From NCBI GenBank assembly GCA_025453395.1, contig JALOQK010000008.1, positions 938-64,937 of the forward strand: a DNA stretch of 64,000 nucleotides, in the 5' to 3' direction. The stretch comes from Candidatus Omnitrophota bacterium (GTDB lineage: Bacteria; Omnitrophota; Gorgyraeia; Gygaellales; Profunditerraquicolaceae). Below, piece by piece: positions 18,579 through 27,583 of this stretch; within the stretch, counting starts at the first letter, position 1, and each line of letters starts with the position of its first letter. The notes under the pieces were generated by a model, which saw only the letters and a list, made by a program, of their open reading frames with translations, had not been told where the DNA came from and searched no databases. The position numbers and the translations under genes were made by a program.

Positions 18579-19307
18579 TTAGCGTTTGTTAAGCTGGATC
18601 AGTTTTAGGCAAGCAAAGATAAAAAAACCCGCGCTTATAATCTGGAATAAGCTTAAGCCGTAAAAGAAATGCGGATTATCCGCGCGCAAGAATTCCATAA
18701 AAAACCTCTTGGTTGAGTATAATAAAAGATACCACAAGAATACCTGGCCCTGTCTATGGGGCTTATCCTGTAAGTTCTTCAGGAAAAGAAAAAGCGCAAA
18801 AAGAATAATGCTTGAATAAAGTTGCGTTGGAATAAGAAAGGCGTCATGCGCGGGAAAATACATCCCCCATATTTTGTTTTCCCTGCCGTAGCAACAGCCA
18901 TTTAAAAAACACCCCAGCCTGCCAATGGCATGGCCTAATGCCAAAAACGGCGCCAATAGATCAAGTACCGTGTAGATTCTTAATTTGTTTCTTTTGACAT
19001 AATATAACGCGGTTAATGACCCGGCAGTAAAACCGCCAAACCAGGACATTCCGCCGTGCTGCAGCATGATTATTTCTAAAGGTTCAGCCAAATAATCCCT
19101 AAAATGCTCTACTACAAAAAATATCCGCGCCCCCAAAATCCCCGCGATAAAAGAATAAAAACAAAGATTGTAGATTATGTTGGGATCTATCCCTTGCTTC
19201 TTAGCCTGACGGCAAGCTAAGGATACCGCGGTTAAAAAAGCAACAACCATCATTAAACCGTAGGAATAAATGGTAAATGGACCGATTTGACAGATAATTG
19301 GATGCAT
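18579..19307 (-). CDS. lgt: Prolipoprotein diacylglyceryl transferase
   Basis: 242 aa polytopic membrane protein. N-terminus MHPIICQIGPFTIYSYGLMMVVAF and Lgt signature region GHAIGRLGCFLNGCCYG. Confidence 0.9.
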   Translation of the reverse strand: MHPIICQIGPFTIYSYGLMMVVAFLTAVSLACRQAKKQGIDPNIIYNLCFYSFIAGILGARIFFVVEHFRDYLAEPLEIIMLQHGGMSWFGGFTAGSLTALYYVKRNKLRIYTVLDLLAPFLALGHAIGRLGCFLNGCCYGRENKIWGMYFPAHDAFLIPTQLYSSIILFALFLFLKNLQDKPHRQGQVFLWYLLLYSTKRFFMEFLRADNPHFFYGLSLFQIISAGFFIFACLKLIQLNKR

Positions 19308-19400
19308 AATTTTAATTTAAAGCTTAAAACGCAAAGCGTAAAACCATAGCGTAAAATTAAAAATTTTGAATTTTGAATTATAGTTTTGCGTTTTTCGTTT
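19308..19400. repeat. Palindromic intergenic element, copy 2 (inverted relative to copy 1)
   Basis: Its reverse complement matches 9960-10015 (aattttacgctatGgttttacgctttgcgTttta). Internally palindromic (aaaacgcaaagcgtaaaacc / ggttttacgc...). Confidence 0.5.
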
Positions 19401-19872
19401 TACGCTTATTTGTTATTAATATTGTCCATCCTAACAACATTGCTCCTGCTGTTATCGCCGAATCCGCGATATTGAACACCGGCCAGATACGAAAATCCAG
19501 AAAATCAACCACATAACCAAACATCAAACGGTCAATAAGATTTCCCAGGCCGCCGGCAAGGATCAAGGTTAAAGAAAAATTACAAAGGTTGTTCTTATAG
19601 CCCTCTTTTTTAAGCTTGCGGATTATAAAAAAACTCACCAGCAAAGTAATGGCGATAAAAATCCAGCGTTGATATTTGAATAGGCCAAATGCCGCGCCGC
19701 GGTTATGCACCAAAGTAACATGAAAAACATTCTGGATAACCGGGATAGATTGATAAAGGTATAGTTTTGAGGAAACAAAGGCCTTACTAAGCTGATCAGC
19801 AATAATAAGGCCAAAGAGAAATAAAGAAAATTTAAAGAAAGGTTTTATTTTTTTTCCAGTTTTTCCTGACAT
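19378..19872 (-). CDS. lspA: Lipoprotein signal peptidase II
   Basis: 164 aa. Conserved NRGAAFGLF and FNIADSAI motifs. Classic ileS-lspA linkage. Confidence 0.9.
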   Translation of the reverse strand: MSGKTGKKIKPFFKFSLFLFGLIIADQLSKAFVSSKLYLYQSIPVIQNVFHVTLVHNRGAAFGLFKYQRWIFIAITLLVSFFIIRKLKKEGYKNNLCNFSLTLILAGGLGNLIDRLMFGYVVDFLDFRIWPVFNIADSAITAGAMLLGWTILITNKRKTKNAKL

Positions 19873-20228
19873 TTAACACAAAGCCGGGCATAAGGCACTG
19901 CTTTAAGGCGAGTCTTGGAAATAGTCTTCTTACAGCTCTCACAAAAGCCGTAACTTCCTTCATCTATTTTCTTCATCGCGTCATCCAGCTCATAAAGGAA
20001 TTTGCGGTCATTTGAAGCGATGCCCAAAGAAAATTCACGGTCATAGGTATCGGTAGCCACATCAGCCATATGATAAGTATAGCCTGATATATCTCCGGAT
20101 GCCTCTTTCTGTGATTTTTTAAGCGTGTCCTCGGAAATATGGTTGATATCGTCAATAACGCCGTCCTTGACCTTAATCAATAATCTCTTAAACTCAATCA
20201 ACTCTTTTTTATTCATTTTCTTCTTCAC
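19845..20228 (-). CDS. DksA/TraR-family C4 zinc-finger protein
   Basis: 127 aa. C-terminal CESCKKTI...CVKCQEK four-cysteine finger preceded by a coiled-coil region. Confidence 0.75.
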   Translation of the reverse strand: MKKKMNKKELIEFKRLLIKVKDGVIDDINHISEDTLKKSQKEASGDISGYTYHMADVATDTYDREFSLGIASNDRKFLYELDDAMKKIDEGSYGFCESCKKTISKTRLKAVPYARLCVKCQEKLEKK

Positions 20229-23047
20229 GCTGAAATCCCCCCTATGGCTTTAAGGCAAGTCTTACAGATTGACGGATGCGCATCATCTTCCCCCACCGAA
20301 TGCGAATAATTCCAACAGCGCATGCATTTTACCCCATCTGCTTTACTGGCGGCCAGGCATACATCCGGAAAAACGGTATTACGCCAATCTCCACCAGAAA
20401 TAAGATCTTTGGATTCTTCCACAATCACAGAAGAAACTTTAAAGGCCTCACAGAGCTGTTGGCTTAAGCTGCGTAAGAATGTATACTGATTAGGGGACTT
20501 TGTCAATATATTTATTTTGGCGTCAAAAGAACTGCCGATTATTCCGGCAATGCGCTTCTCTTCTAAAGCCTTGGCAACATCGGGGACCATCTTAAGGACC
20601 TCTTCCATATCTTGATAAGCCAAAGAGCCATGGACCTTGCCGGATTCCAACAAAGACAAAATAAGCCTGGTATCTGGATATTCCAAAAGATGCACACTGG
20701 CGGCATCTTTATCTTTAGAAGTTTTAGGCATATAAAACCATATTTCTTCAGCGGTAAAAGACAAAATCGGCGCGACTACCCTTACGATCGCATTTAACAA
20801 ATCATATATCGCCGTCTGAGCAGACCTTCTTTCAAGGGAATCTGCCCCGTATGTATACAATCTGCCCTTTACCATATCCAAATAATACATGGATAGATCT
20901 TCATTGCAAAAATCATAAATACCTTTATAGGCTTTATAAAATTCAAATTCTTCATAGCCGTTTGTTATAACTTTATCAAGCGCAAGGCAACTTTTATAGA
21001 GTATCCATTTATCAAGCATGCCCATATCATCATAGCTTATTCTGTCTTTATCGGGATTAAAATCATAGAGGTTGCTTAAGATAAACCTGCAGGTGTTGCG
21101 CACTTTACGGTAACCTTCCGAGAGCCTTTGCAGGATTTCTTTGGATATTCTTATATCCTCGTTGTAATCGCTTGAAGCCACCCACAGGCGCAAAATATCC
21201 GCGCCATAGTCTTTTATAATATCAAATGGAGAAACCACATTGCCTTGCGACTTGGACATTTTTCTTCCCTGACCATCCACCACAAAACCATGGGTTAGGA
21301 CACTTTTAAATGGCGCCTGATTATCAATGCAGACAGCCGGGATAAGCGAAGACTGGAACCACCCCCTATGCTGGTCTGAACCCTCAAGGTACAAAGAAGC
21401 GGGAAATTCCAATTCACTTCTTTTCTTTAATACTGACTGGCTGCTTACTCCGGAATCAAACCATACATCAAGGATATCTGTGCCTTTAGAGAATATTTTT
21501 CCCGCGCAGCAAGGGCATTGGATGTCTTTATATAAAAACTCCTGCACGCCAGATTCAAACCAAACATCCGTTCCATTTTCTTTAACCATCTGGCGGAATA
21601 CCTCAATAACCTTATTATCCAGGAATTCTTCTTTGCAATTATTGCATACCAAAGAGGGAATCGGCACCCCCCAATATCTTTGACGCGATAAACACCAATC
21701 CGGGCGCAAGCCCACCATTGAACCAATGCGCTCTTTTCCCGAAGAGGGAATCCACTTCACCTTATTTTGGATTACTTCAAGTAAAGCCTGCCTGAGATTA
21801 TTATGTTCAAGTTTTAAGAACCATTGATTTGTCGCTCTGAAAATAACCGGTGACTTGCAGCGCCAGCAATGCGGATAAGAATGCGGATATTTCATGCTAT
21901 AAACAAGCATCCCTAAACTATCCAATTTTTGTATGATCGGATCATTGGCAGAAAATACCTGCATCCCTTTAAATTCACCGGTAGAAGCGTCAAAATTCCC
22001 CCGGTTATCAACCGGCATAATAATATCCAACTTGTATTTTATCCCGGTGAAATAATCGTCATTGCCATGCCCGGGAGCGGTATGCACCAAACCAGTGCCT
22101 TCTTCATGTGAAACATAATCTGCCAAAACTACTTTTCCTTTTCTATCTAAAAAAGGATGCTCATAAACAAGCCCATCCAGCTTTTCGCCTTTAATGCGGG
22201 AAATAACCGCACATTGGCCAAGGCCGGTATTTTTTATAACTGTATCGAGCAGGCTTTCGGCAATAACTAAAATTCCTTTCGCAGTGTTTACCAAAACATA
22301 TTCCAGTTTTTGATGCACTGCTACTGCCACATTAGCCAGAAGCGTCCAGGGGGTGGTAGTCCAAATCAATAAATAAGCGTCTTGGCCATCTAAGGGATTG
22401 GTTAATTTAAATTTCACATAAACAGAGGGAGAAACATGATCCTCGTATTCAACCTCTGCCTCGGCAAGGGCGGTTTCACATTTATAACACCAGTTAACCG
22501 GCTTTAATCCTCTATAGATATACCCCTTCTGCGCCAGTTTGCCAAAAGAATCCACTATCCCCTCTTCATACTGGCGTGATAAAGTAAGATACGGATTATC
22601 CCAATCCCCGAATATACCTAAACGCTTAAACTGTTCTTTCTGCAAACCCACATATTTCATCGCGTAATCATGCGCTTTCTTGCGGAAATCAAGCTGCGAT
22701 ATCTGGGTTTTATTGATCTTTAATTCCTTTAACAACTGATGCTCAATGGGCAACCCATGGCAATCCCAACCCGGAACATAGGCGCAATTAAAAGCACGCA
22801 TGGTTTTATATTTAAGAATGATATCCTTAAGTGTCTTGTTTAAGGCATGGCCTATATGTATATCCCCGTTGGCATAAGGCGGCCCGTCATGCAAAATATA
22901 TTTTGGCAAACCTTGAGTTTTATTCTGGATAGAAACGTAAATATTCTTCTTCTCCCACTGCTCAAAAATAACGGGCTCTTTCTTGGGCAGATCCGCCTTC
23001 ATGGGAAAATCAGTTTTAGGAAGATTAAGAGTAAGTTTATAGTCCAT
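20225..23047 (-). CDS. ileS: Isoleucyl-tRNA synthetase
   Basis: 940 aa. HIGH (DIHIGHALNK) and KMSKS motifs. N-terminus MDYKLTLNLPKTDFPMKADLPKKEP is canonical for IleS. C-terminal zinc-binding cysteines. Confidence 0.97.
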   Translation of the reverse strand: MDYKLTLNLPKTDFPMKADLPKKEPVIFEQWEKKNIYVSIQNKTQGLPKYILHDGPPYANGDIHIGHALNKTLKDIILKYKTMRAFNCAYVPGWDCHGLPIEHQLLKELKINKTQISQLDFRKKAHDYAMKYVGLQKEQFKRLGIFGDWDNPYLTLSRQYEEGIVDSFGKLAQKGYIYRGLKPVNWCYKCETALAEAEVEYEDHVSPSVYVKFKLTNPLDGQDAYLLIWTTTPWTLLANVAVAVHQKLEYVLVNTAKGILVIAESLLDTVIKNTGLGQCAVISRIKGEKLDGLVYEHPFLDRKGKVVLADYVSHEEGTGLVHTAPGHGNDDYFTGIKYKLDIIMPVDNRGNFDASTGEFKGMQVFSANDPIIQKLDSLGMLVYSMKYPHSYPHCWRCKSPVIFRATNQWFLKLEHNNLRQALLEVIQNKVKWIPSSGKERIGSMVGLRPDWCLSRQRYWGVPIPSLVCNNCKEEFLDNKVIEVFRQMVKENGTDVWFESGVQEFLYKDIQCPCCAGKIFSKGTDILDVWFDSGVSSQSVLKKRSELEFPASLYLEGSDQHRGWFQSSLIPAVCIDNQAPFKSVLTHGFVVDGQGRKMSKSQGNVVSPFDIIKDYGADILRLWVASSDYNEDIRISKEILQRLSEGYRKVRNTCRFILSNLYDFNPDKDRISYDDMGMLDKWILYKSCLALDKVITNGYEEFEFYKAYKGIYDFCNEDLSMYYLDMVKGRLYTYGADSLERRSAQTAIYDLLNAIVRVVAPILSFTAEEIWFYMPKTSKDKDAASVHLLEYPDTRLILSLLESGKVHGSLAYQDMEEVLKMVPDVAKALEEKRIAGIIGSSFDAKINILTKSPNQYTFLRSLSQQLCEAFKVSSVIVEESKDLISGGDWRNTVFPDVCLAASKADGVKCMRCWNYSHSVGEDDAHPSICKTCLKAIGGISA

Positions 23048-23051
23048 TTTT

Positions 23052-23106
23052 CAGCTATCAGCTATCAGCTATCAGCTATCAGCTATCAGCTATCAGCTAT
23101 CAGCTA
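23052..23106. repeat. Tandem heptanucleotide array (CAGCTAT)x~8 abutting the ileS start codon
   Basis: Perfect 7-nt repeats read directly at 23052-23106. On the minus strand the mRNA leader reads (ATAGCTG)n AAAA ATG. Confidence 0.95.
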
Positions 23107-23141
23107 AAAAAGCTGAAGACTGAAAGCTGAAGGCTGAAAGC
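23107..23141. repeat. Degenerate heptamer array (RCTGAAR)x4 between the mtnP stop and the CAGCTAT array
   Basis: The sequence read directly is gctgaag actgaaa gctgaag gctgaaa. Confidence 0.8.
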
Positions 23142-23999
23142 TTAAATATATTTTCCTATAATTATCTTTAAATCCTTTTTTACTTTCGCCGGAATCATTT
23201 TTCTATCAGTGACAATCGCGCATTTTAAGGCATCCTGACAAGAACATACGCGCTTGTCAGGCAGCGCTTTAACGATCTGAATAATCATTTTCTTGGCGTT
23301 TTCAATATTCCTTTGCAGATTTTGCATCACCATATCCACCGTCACGCTTGCGTGCTTGGGATACCAGCAGTCATAATCTGTAACAGCGGCCAAAGTAGAG
23401 TAACATATCTCTGCTTCTCGGGATAGTTTTGCTTCAGCCATATTGGTCATTCCAATTATGTCCATGCCCCAACTTCGGTAAAGATTCGATTCAGCCAAAG
23501 TTGAGAATGCCGGGCCTTCCATGTTAATATAAGTCCCGCGAGGATGAATGTCTAATTTCAGCTTCTCGCCCGCAGCATAAACTACCTTTGCCAAATCTTG
23601 GCAAACAGGATGCGCGAAAACTATATGCGCCACAATGCCTTCATCAAAAAATGTCATCGCGCGAGCGTTATTAGTGCGGTCCACAAACTGATCAATAACC
23701 ACAAAATCAAGCGGCTTGAATTCTTCTTTAAGGCTGCCGCAGGCGCTTATGGAAACAATGCTTTCCACGCCAAGTTTCTTCATCCCATAAATATTGGCGC
23801 GGTAATTTATTTGGCTGGGAGAAATACAATGCCCTCTTCCGTGGCGAGGAAGAAAAACAACTTCTTTGCCCTCTATTTTCCCGGTAATAAATTTATCTGA
23901 AGGCTTGCCAAAAGGAGTGCTTAATGCGACCTCTTTTATGCCCTTCAAACTATCAATCTGATATAAACCGCTACCGCCAATAATCCCCAATTTAGACAT
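23142..23999 (-). CDS. mtnP: S-methyl-5'-thioadenosine phosphorylase
   Basis: 285 aa PNP/MTAP fold. Glycine-rich N-terminus LGIIGGSGLY. Confidence 0.88.
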   Translation of the reverse strand: MSKLGIIGGSGLYQIDSLKGIKEVALSTPFGKPSDKFITGKIEGKEVVFLPRHGRGHCISPSQINYRANIYGMKKLGVESIVSISACGSLKEEFKPLDFVVIDQFVDRTNNARAMTFFDEGIVAHIVFAHPVCQDLAKVVYAAGEKLKLDIHPRGTYINMEGPAFSTLAESNLYRSWGMDIIGMTNMAEAKLSREAEICYSTLAAVTDYDCWYPKHASVTVDMVMQNLQRNIENAKKMIIQIVKALPDKRVCSCQDALKCAIVTDRKMIPAKVKKDLKIIIGKYI

Positions 24000-24008
24000 T
24001 TTGTCCTC

Positions 24009-24830
24009 CTAGGCAGCTAATTCTTTAGCCCTTTTAATAGACGCCATGATCGCGTCTTTTAATGTCCCGCCAGAATTAAGCACATCTAAGCCTGCCTGGG
24101 TTGTCCCGCCTTTAGATGCCACCTGCTGACGCAGCCCTACAGGATCCGCGCCATTCTCAAGCATTTTGTCTGCCCCGCGCAAAGTAATCAAAGACATAAA
24201 ATGTGCCTGATCAGGGCTGAACCCTAAAGACCTTGCCGCATCCTCAAGCTCGGCGGTAAAATTTTCCATAAAACCAGACCAGTTATTTTTATAAGCTTCC
24301 GGGTTATTGGCTACCGCGTTAAAAAACCACCCCGGCCCACTGCCGGAAATCGCGGTAGCTTCATCCATTTTCGCTTCGTCAATAGCCATAACTTCTCCCA
24401 TATACTCAAATACATCTTGCGCGAAATCAAAATCTTCAAGGCTGGCGTATTTACCAGAGCACAAGCAAGTCATCCCATAACCAATACGAGCAGGCATATT
24501 TGGCATAACCCTAACCACCCTAACCACCCCTAAAAGGTTTTCTATATAAGAAGTGCCCAGGCCGGCTGCGATAGAAATAAAAAGTTTATCCAGAATATGC
24601 GGGTACTTTTTTATTTGGCCTAAAAGTTCTGCGAAATCCTGCGGTTTCACCGCCAAAATTATCGCGTCCGCTTTCTCCAGTAATTCCTGGATAGAACCTA
24701 CCGCTTGGATATCTTCAACAGAAGATACCCTAGCCTTATCCTTTTCATAGGCAAAAACCGTATAAGTATTTTTTATCTTTGAGGCGATTGCCTGGCCCAT
24801 GTTGCCTAAACCGATTATCCCTATTTTCAT
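24009..24830 (-). CDS. proC: Pyrroline-5-carboxylate reductase
   Basis: 273 aa. N-terminal NADP Rossmann motif IGIIGLGNMGQAIA. ProC C-terminal dimerisation domain. Confidence 0.9.
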   Translation of the reverse strand: MKIGIIGLGNMGQAIASKIKNTYTVFAYEKDKARVSSVEDIQAVGSIQELLEKADAIILAVKPQDFAELLGQIKKYPHILDKLFISIAAGLGTSYIENLLGVVRVVRVMPNMPARIGYGMTCLCSGKYASLEDFDFAQDVFEYMGEVMAIDEAKMDEATAISGSGPGWFFNAVANNPEAYKNNWSGFMENFTAELEDAARSLGFSPDQAHFMSLITLRGADKMLENGADPVGLRQQVASKGGTTQAGLDVLNSGGTLKDAIMASIKRAKELAA

Positions 24831-24836
24831 TTTATC

Positions 24837-25526
24837 TTACCTTTCAAATATCGCTCTGCCTAATCTTATTATTGTGGCGGCTTCTTCAATAGCAATTTCA
24901 AAATCATCGCTCATGCCCATGGAAAGCTGTAAGCTATAAGCTGTAAGCTTTAAGCTGTAAATCTTATCCCTTAATTCCCTAAGCTGGCGAAAATAGGGAC
25001 GCGCTTCTTCGGGCGCACTAACTAAAGGGGCGATGGTCATTAAACCTTTTAATTTTATATTTTTTAAAGAAGCGATCTGTTTTATAACCAAAACCGCGTC
25101 ATCAGGACTTAAACCAAATTTTGTTTCTTCTGGAGAAGTCTTTATCTGTAGTAATATCTGCTGTACTTTATTGATCTTGGCAGCCTGCCTATCGATTTCC
25201 TCTGCCAGGCGCAGGCTATCTACAGAATGAATCAAATCAAAGATCCTAACCGCATCTTTTACTTTATTAGTCTGCAAGTGGCCGATCATATGCCATTTAA
25301 TGGCAAATGGCAAATGGCAAATGGCAGACAGCTGATTAAATTTCAAAACAGCTTCTTGGACTTTATTCTCGCCGATATCAGATATGCCCTGTTGTAAAAC
25401 CTCTTGTATTTCTTGGGCGCTTCTGCCCTTGGCTACCGCAACAATAGTTATTTCAGAAGGGTCGCGGTTTGCTTTAAGGCAGGCCTGACCGACACGAAAA
25501 CTAACATCAGCCAATCCATTATACAT
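24837..25526 (-). CDS. yggS: YggS/YlmE-family PLP homeostasis protein
   Basis: 229 aa. HMIGHLQTNK and LSMGMSDDF signatures. Carries two in-frame heptamer-repeat insertions. Confidence 0.85.
   Translation of the reverse strand: MYNGLADVSFRVGQACLKANRDPSEITIVAVAKGRSAQEIQEVLQQGISDIGENKVQEAVLKFNQLSAICHLPFAIKWHMIGHLQTNKVKDAVRIFDLIHSVDSLRLAEEIDRQAAKINKVQQILLQIKTSPEETKFGLSPDDAVLVIKQIASLKNIKLKGLMTIAPLVSAPEEARPYFRQLRELRDKIYSLKLTAYSLQLSMGMSDDFEIAIEEAATIIRLGRAIFER
24924..24960. repeat. Heptamer tandem array (AAGCTNT)x5 inside the yggS coding sequence
   Basis: aagctgt aagctat aagctgt aagcttt aagctgt. Encodes YSLKLTAYSLQ just before the LSMGMS motif. Confidence 0.9.
25299..25326. repeat. Heptamer tandem array (AATGGCA)x4 inside the yggS coding sequence
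   Basis: Four perfect copies. Encodes the atypical insert HLPFAIKW immediately before the conserved HMIGHLQTNK. Confidence 0.9.
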
Positions 25527-25547
25527 AAAAACCCCTGAGGCACAATC

Positions 25548-26804
25548 TTAAAAATACTCCAGGTACAAAGCCTTGGCTTGATCAACTAACCTCTGTAATG
25601 GTTTGCGGCTAGCGTCATGAGGAAAAATAAACCCGGGCAATTTATCGTTTTCCAAAACCTCAACTAAAATGCCAAGGCAGGTAAGATACCCCAAATATTT
25701 CATCCCGGAAAGTTTAGGGTGGTTGATCAATGAAGAAACTCTCTGGGAGCTGACACGGGCAAGCTGCACCGGAAAAGAAAAAACAGACTCTGCTTTCTCC
25801 AAGAAACCTTCCTGTAAAACTGTGCCTCCGTATAAAACAAAATTAGTCACTTGGTTACTATTAAAATTAACAAAGGCATTTTTCTTGATTTCTTCAAGCA
25901 AACACTTTGCGCTATTGGTCACAACATCAACGATAAGCTTATGGCTTATCGGCTTATAGATATTATCCCTTTTGATTAAGATTTCTTTATCTACTGCAGG
26001 CGAAGCTGCCAAATAAATACTGCCGTATGTTTTCTTTACTTCTTCAGCCAAAGAATAAGGAATTCCTATTTCTTTAGAAATGGCCAGCGTAATATCATCT
26101 CCTCCGATGGGCAAATTGTGCACTTCTTTTAACATGCCATTTTCTAAGATAACAAGCTGCGTTATGTCGCTTCCAATATCGCAGAAAATACTTAAACCCT
26201 GCTTCATTTTCTCTTCAAAAAGAAGCTTGCTGGTAATCATCCCTGAATAAAATACCTCTTTTAAGTCAAGCCCCGCCTGACTTATAGCGCCAGTTAAATT
26301 CTGAAGGCAAGAAAGGCGCGCGCAAATAAGGTACAAATCTACCTGCAAACGGTGGCTGTATAGGCCTATTGGGTTGACAATATCTGCTTTATTATCAATA
26401 GCGTAACCAAAAGGCACCTCTGCAATAATCTCATCTTCCATGTTAGATCCCAAAATCCGCGCCTGAAGATTGGCTTTTTCTACATCAAAAGAAGTAATTA
26501 CCTTATTGCCTCTTTCCGCCAAAGGGATGATCGCATGGCTATGACGGGCGCTTATATCCTCACCGGCGATATTAGCATAAACATATTTTATCTGAATGCC
26601 GGAATTATTTCTAATCTTCTTGAATAAACTGCCTAAGGCTTTTACCAATTCTATTGAATCAACAACCGACCCTCTTCTTAGGCCGCAGGAAGGGATACTT
26701 TCAAAGAAAACCTCAGCAATCTTGCCTTGGGCAAGCCTTGCTACAGCCACAGATATCTTGCTTGATCCTATATCTAACGCGCAGATACTACGTTTACTGA
26801 ACAT
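25548..26804 (-). CDS. ftsA: Cell division protein FtsA
   Basis: 418 aa actin-fold. ALDIGSSKI phosphate-1 motif. Position downstream of ftsQ at the end of the dcw cluster. C-terminal extension. Confidence 0.9.
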   Translation of the reverse strand: MFSKRSICALDIGSSKISVAVARLAQGKIAEVFFESIPSCGLRRGSVVDSIELVKALGSLFKKIRNNSGIQIKYVYANIAGEDISARHSHAIIPLAERGNKVITSFDVEKANLQARILGSNMEDEIIAEVPFGYAIDNKADIVNPIGLYSHRLQVDLYLICARLSCLQNLTGAISQAGLDLKEVFYSGMITSKLLFEEKMKQGLSIFCDIGSDITQLVILENGMLKEVHNLPIGGDDITLAISKEIGIPYSLAEEVKKTYGSIYLAASPAVDKEILIKRDNIYKPISHKLIVDVVTNSAKCLLEEIKKNAFVNFNSNQVTNFVLYGGTVLQEGFLEKAESVFSFPVQLARVSSQRVSSLINHPKLSGMKYLGYLTCLGILVEVLENDKLPGFIFPHDASRKPLQRLVDQAKALYLEYF

Positions 26805-26821
26805 GTGATCCTTATCCTTTT

Positions 26822-27583
26822 TTAGTCAGTCTCATAGAATTTGATTGCCGGCTCCTTAAAACGTAAATCCACATACTTGATATTTATATTACTTTTTGAC
26901 GACTGATTAAGCAGGTTTCCCAAAAGGCTTATTTTTTCTTTTAAGTCTGCCAGGTCAAACCTCACTTCTATTCCCCTGCCAAAAGGCAATGGATAGATCA
27001 TGCAAGAAAAACCTTCCGGCGGGCTTGCGTCTATTTCCCGCAAGGCATAGCCCTTAAGGCTTTTCTTTTCCCTAAAAGCTGTGGCTATTTCTATGGCCAA
27101 TTTTAATTCACGCACCTGGTATTTCTTGCCTGACTGGGCGCCGAATATCTTTGTATCAAGCCCGGTGATTACCGGCATTCCGGTAACGGGAGAATTTTCT
27201 TCGCAAAGAAATAATACCCCTTCTTCATCGGTATAAAAATACCGGTATAATTTCACAAAGGCCACGGGAGACCTTTTCAAAAAATCAACCCATAAGATAC
27301 CGGGCAATAAACGGGTAATCCTGATCTTGCTGTAACCGGAATACCTATTCTCAAGTTGAAGCGACAAAGCCCGCAGATCGACTGAGAAGATATTGCGCCC
27401 CTTCAAATAAGAAAGGTTGAATTCATTATTTTTAGACGCTACCTCTTGGATTATGAAATATTCCGATTGCCTTAAGAACATGGAGATGCCGGATACGCAA
27501 GAAGCAACGCCTAAAACAAGAATTATAAGTATAACCCCTATAGCAAAGAATTCTTTGTTTTTCTTAAAGGCTTTGGCAGACAT
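26822..27583 (-). CDS. ftsQ: Cell division protein FtsQ/DivIB
   Basis: 253 aa. Single N-terminal TM, POTRA-like region. Position between ddl and ftsA. Confidence 0.7.
   Translation of the reverse strand: MSAKAFKKNKEFFAIGVILIILVLGVASCVSGISMFLRQSEYFIIQEVASKNNEFNLSYLKGRNIFSVDLRALSLQLENRYSGYSKIRITRLLPGILWVDFLKRSPVAFVKLYRYFYTDEEGVLFLCEENSPVTGMPVITGLDTKIFGAQSGKKYQVRELKLAIEIATAFREKKSLKGYALREIDASPPEGFSCMIYPLPFGRGIEVRFDLADLKEKISLLGNLLNQSSKSNINIKYVDLRFKEPAIKFYETD

Noticed and set aside
23052-23106. Possibility that the regularly spaced short repeats are a CRISPR array.
   Set aside because: The unit is only 7 nt with no intervening spacers and no cas genes. These are microsatellite-like tandem repeats, not CRISPR.
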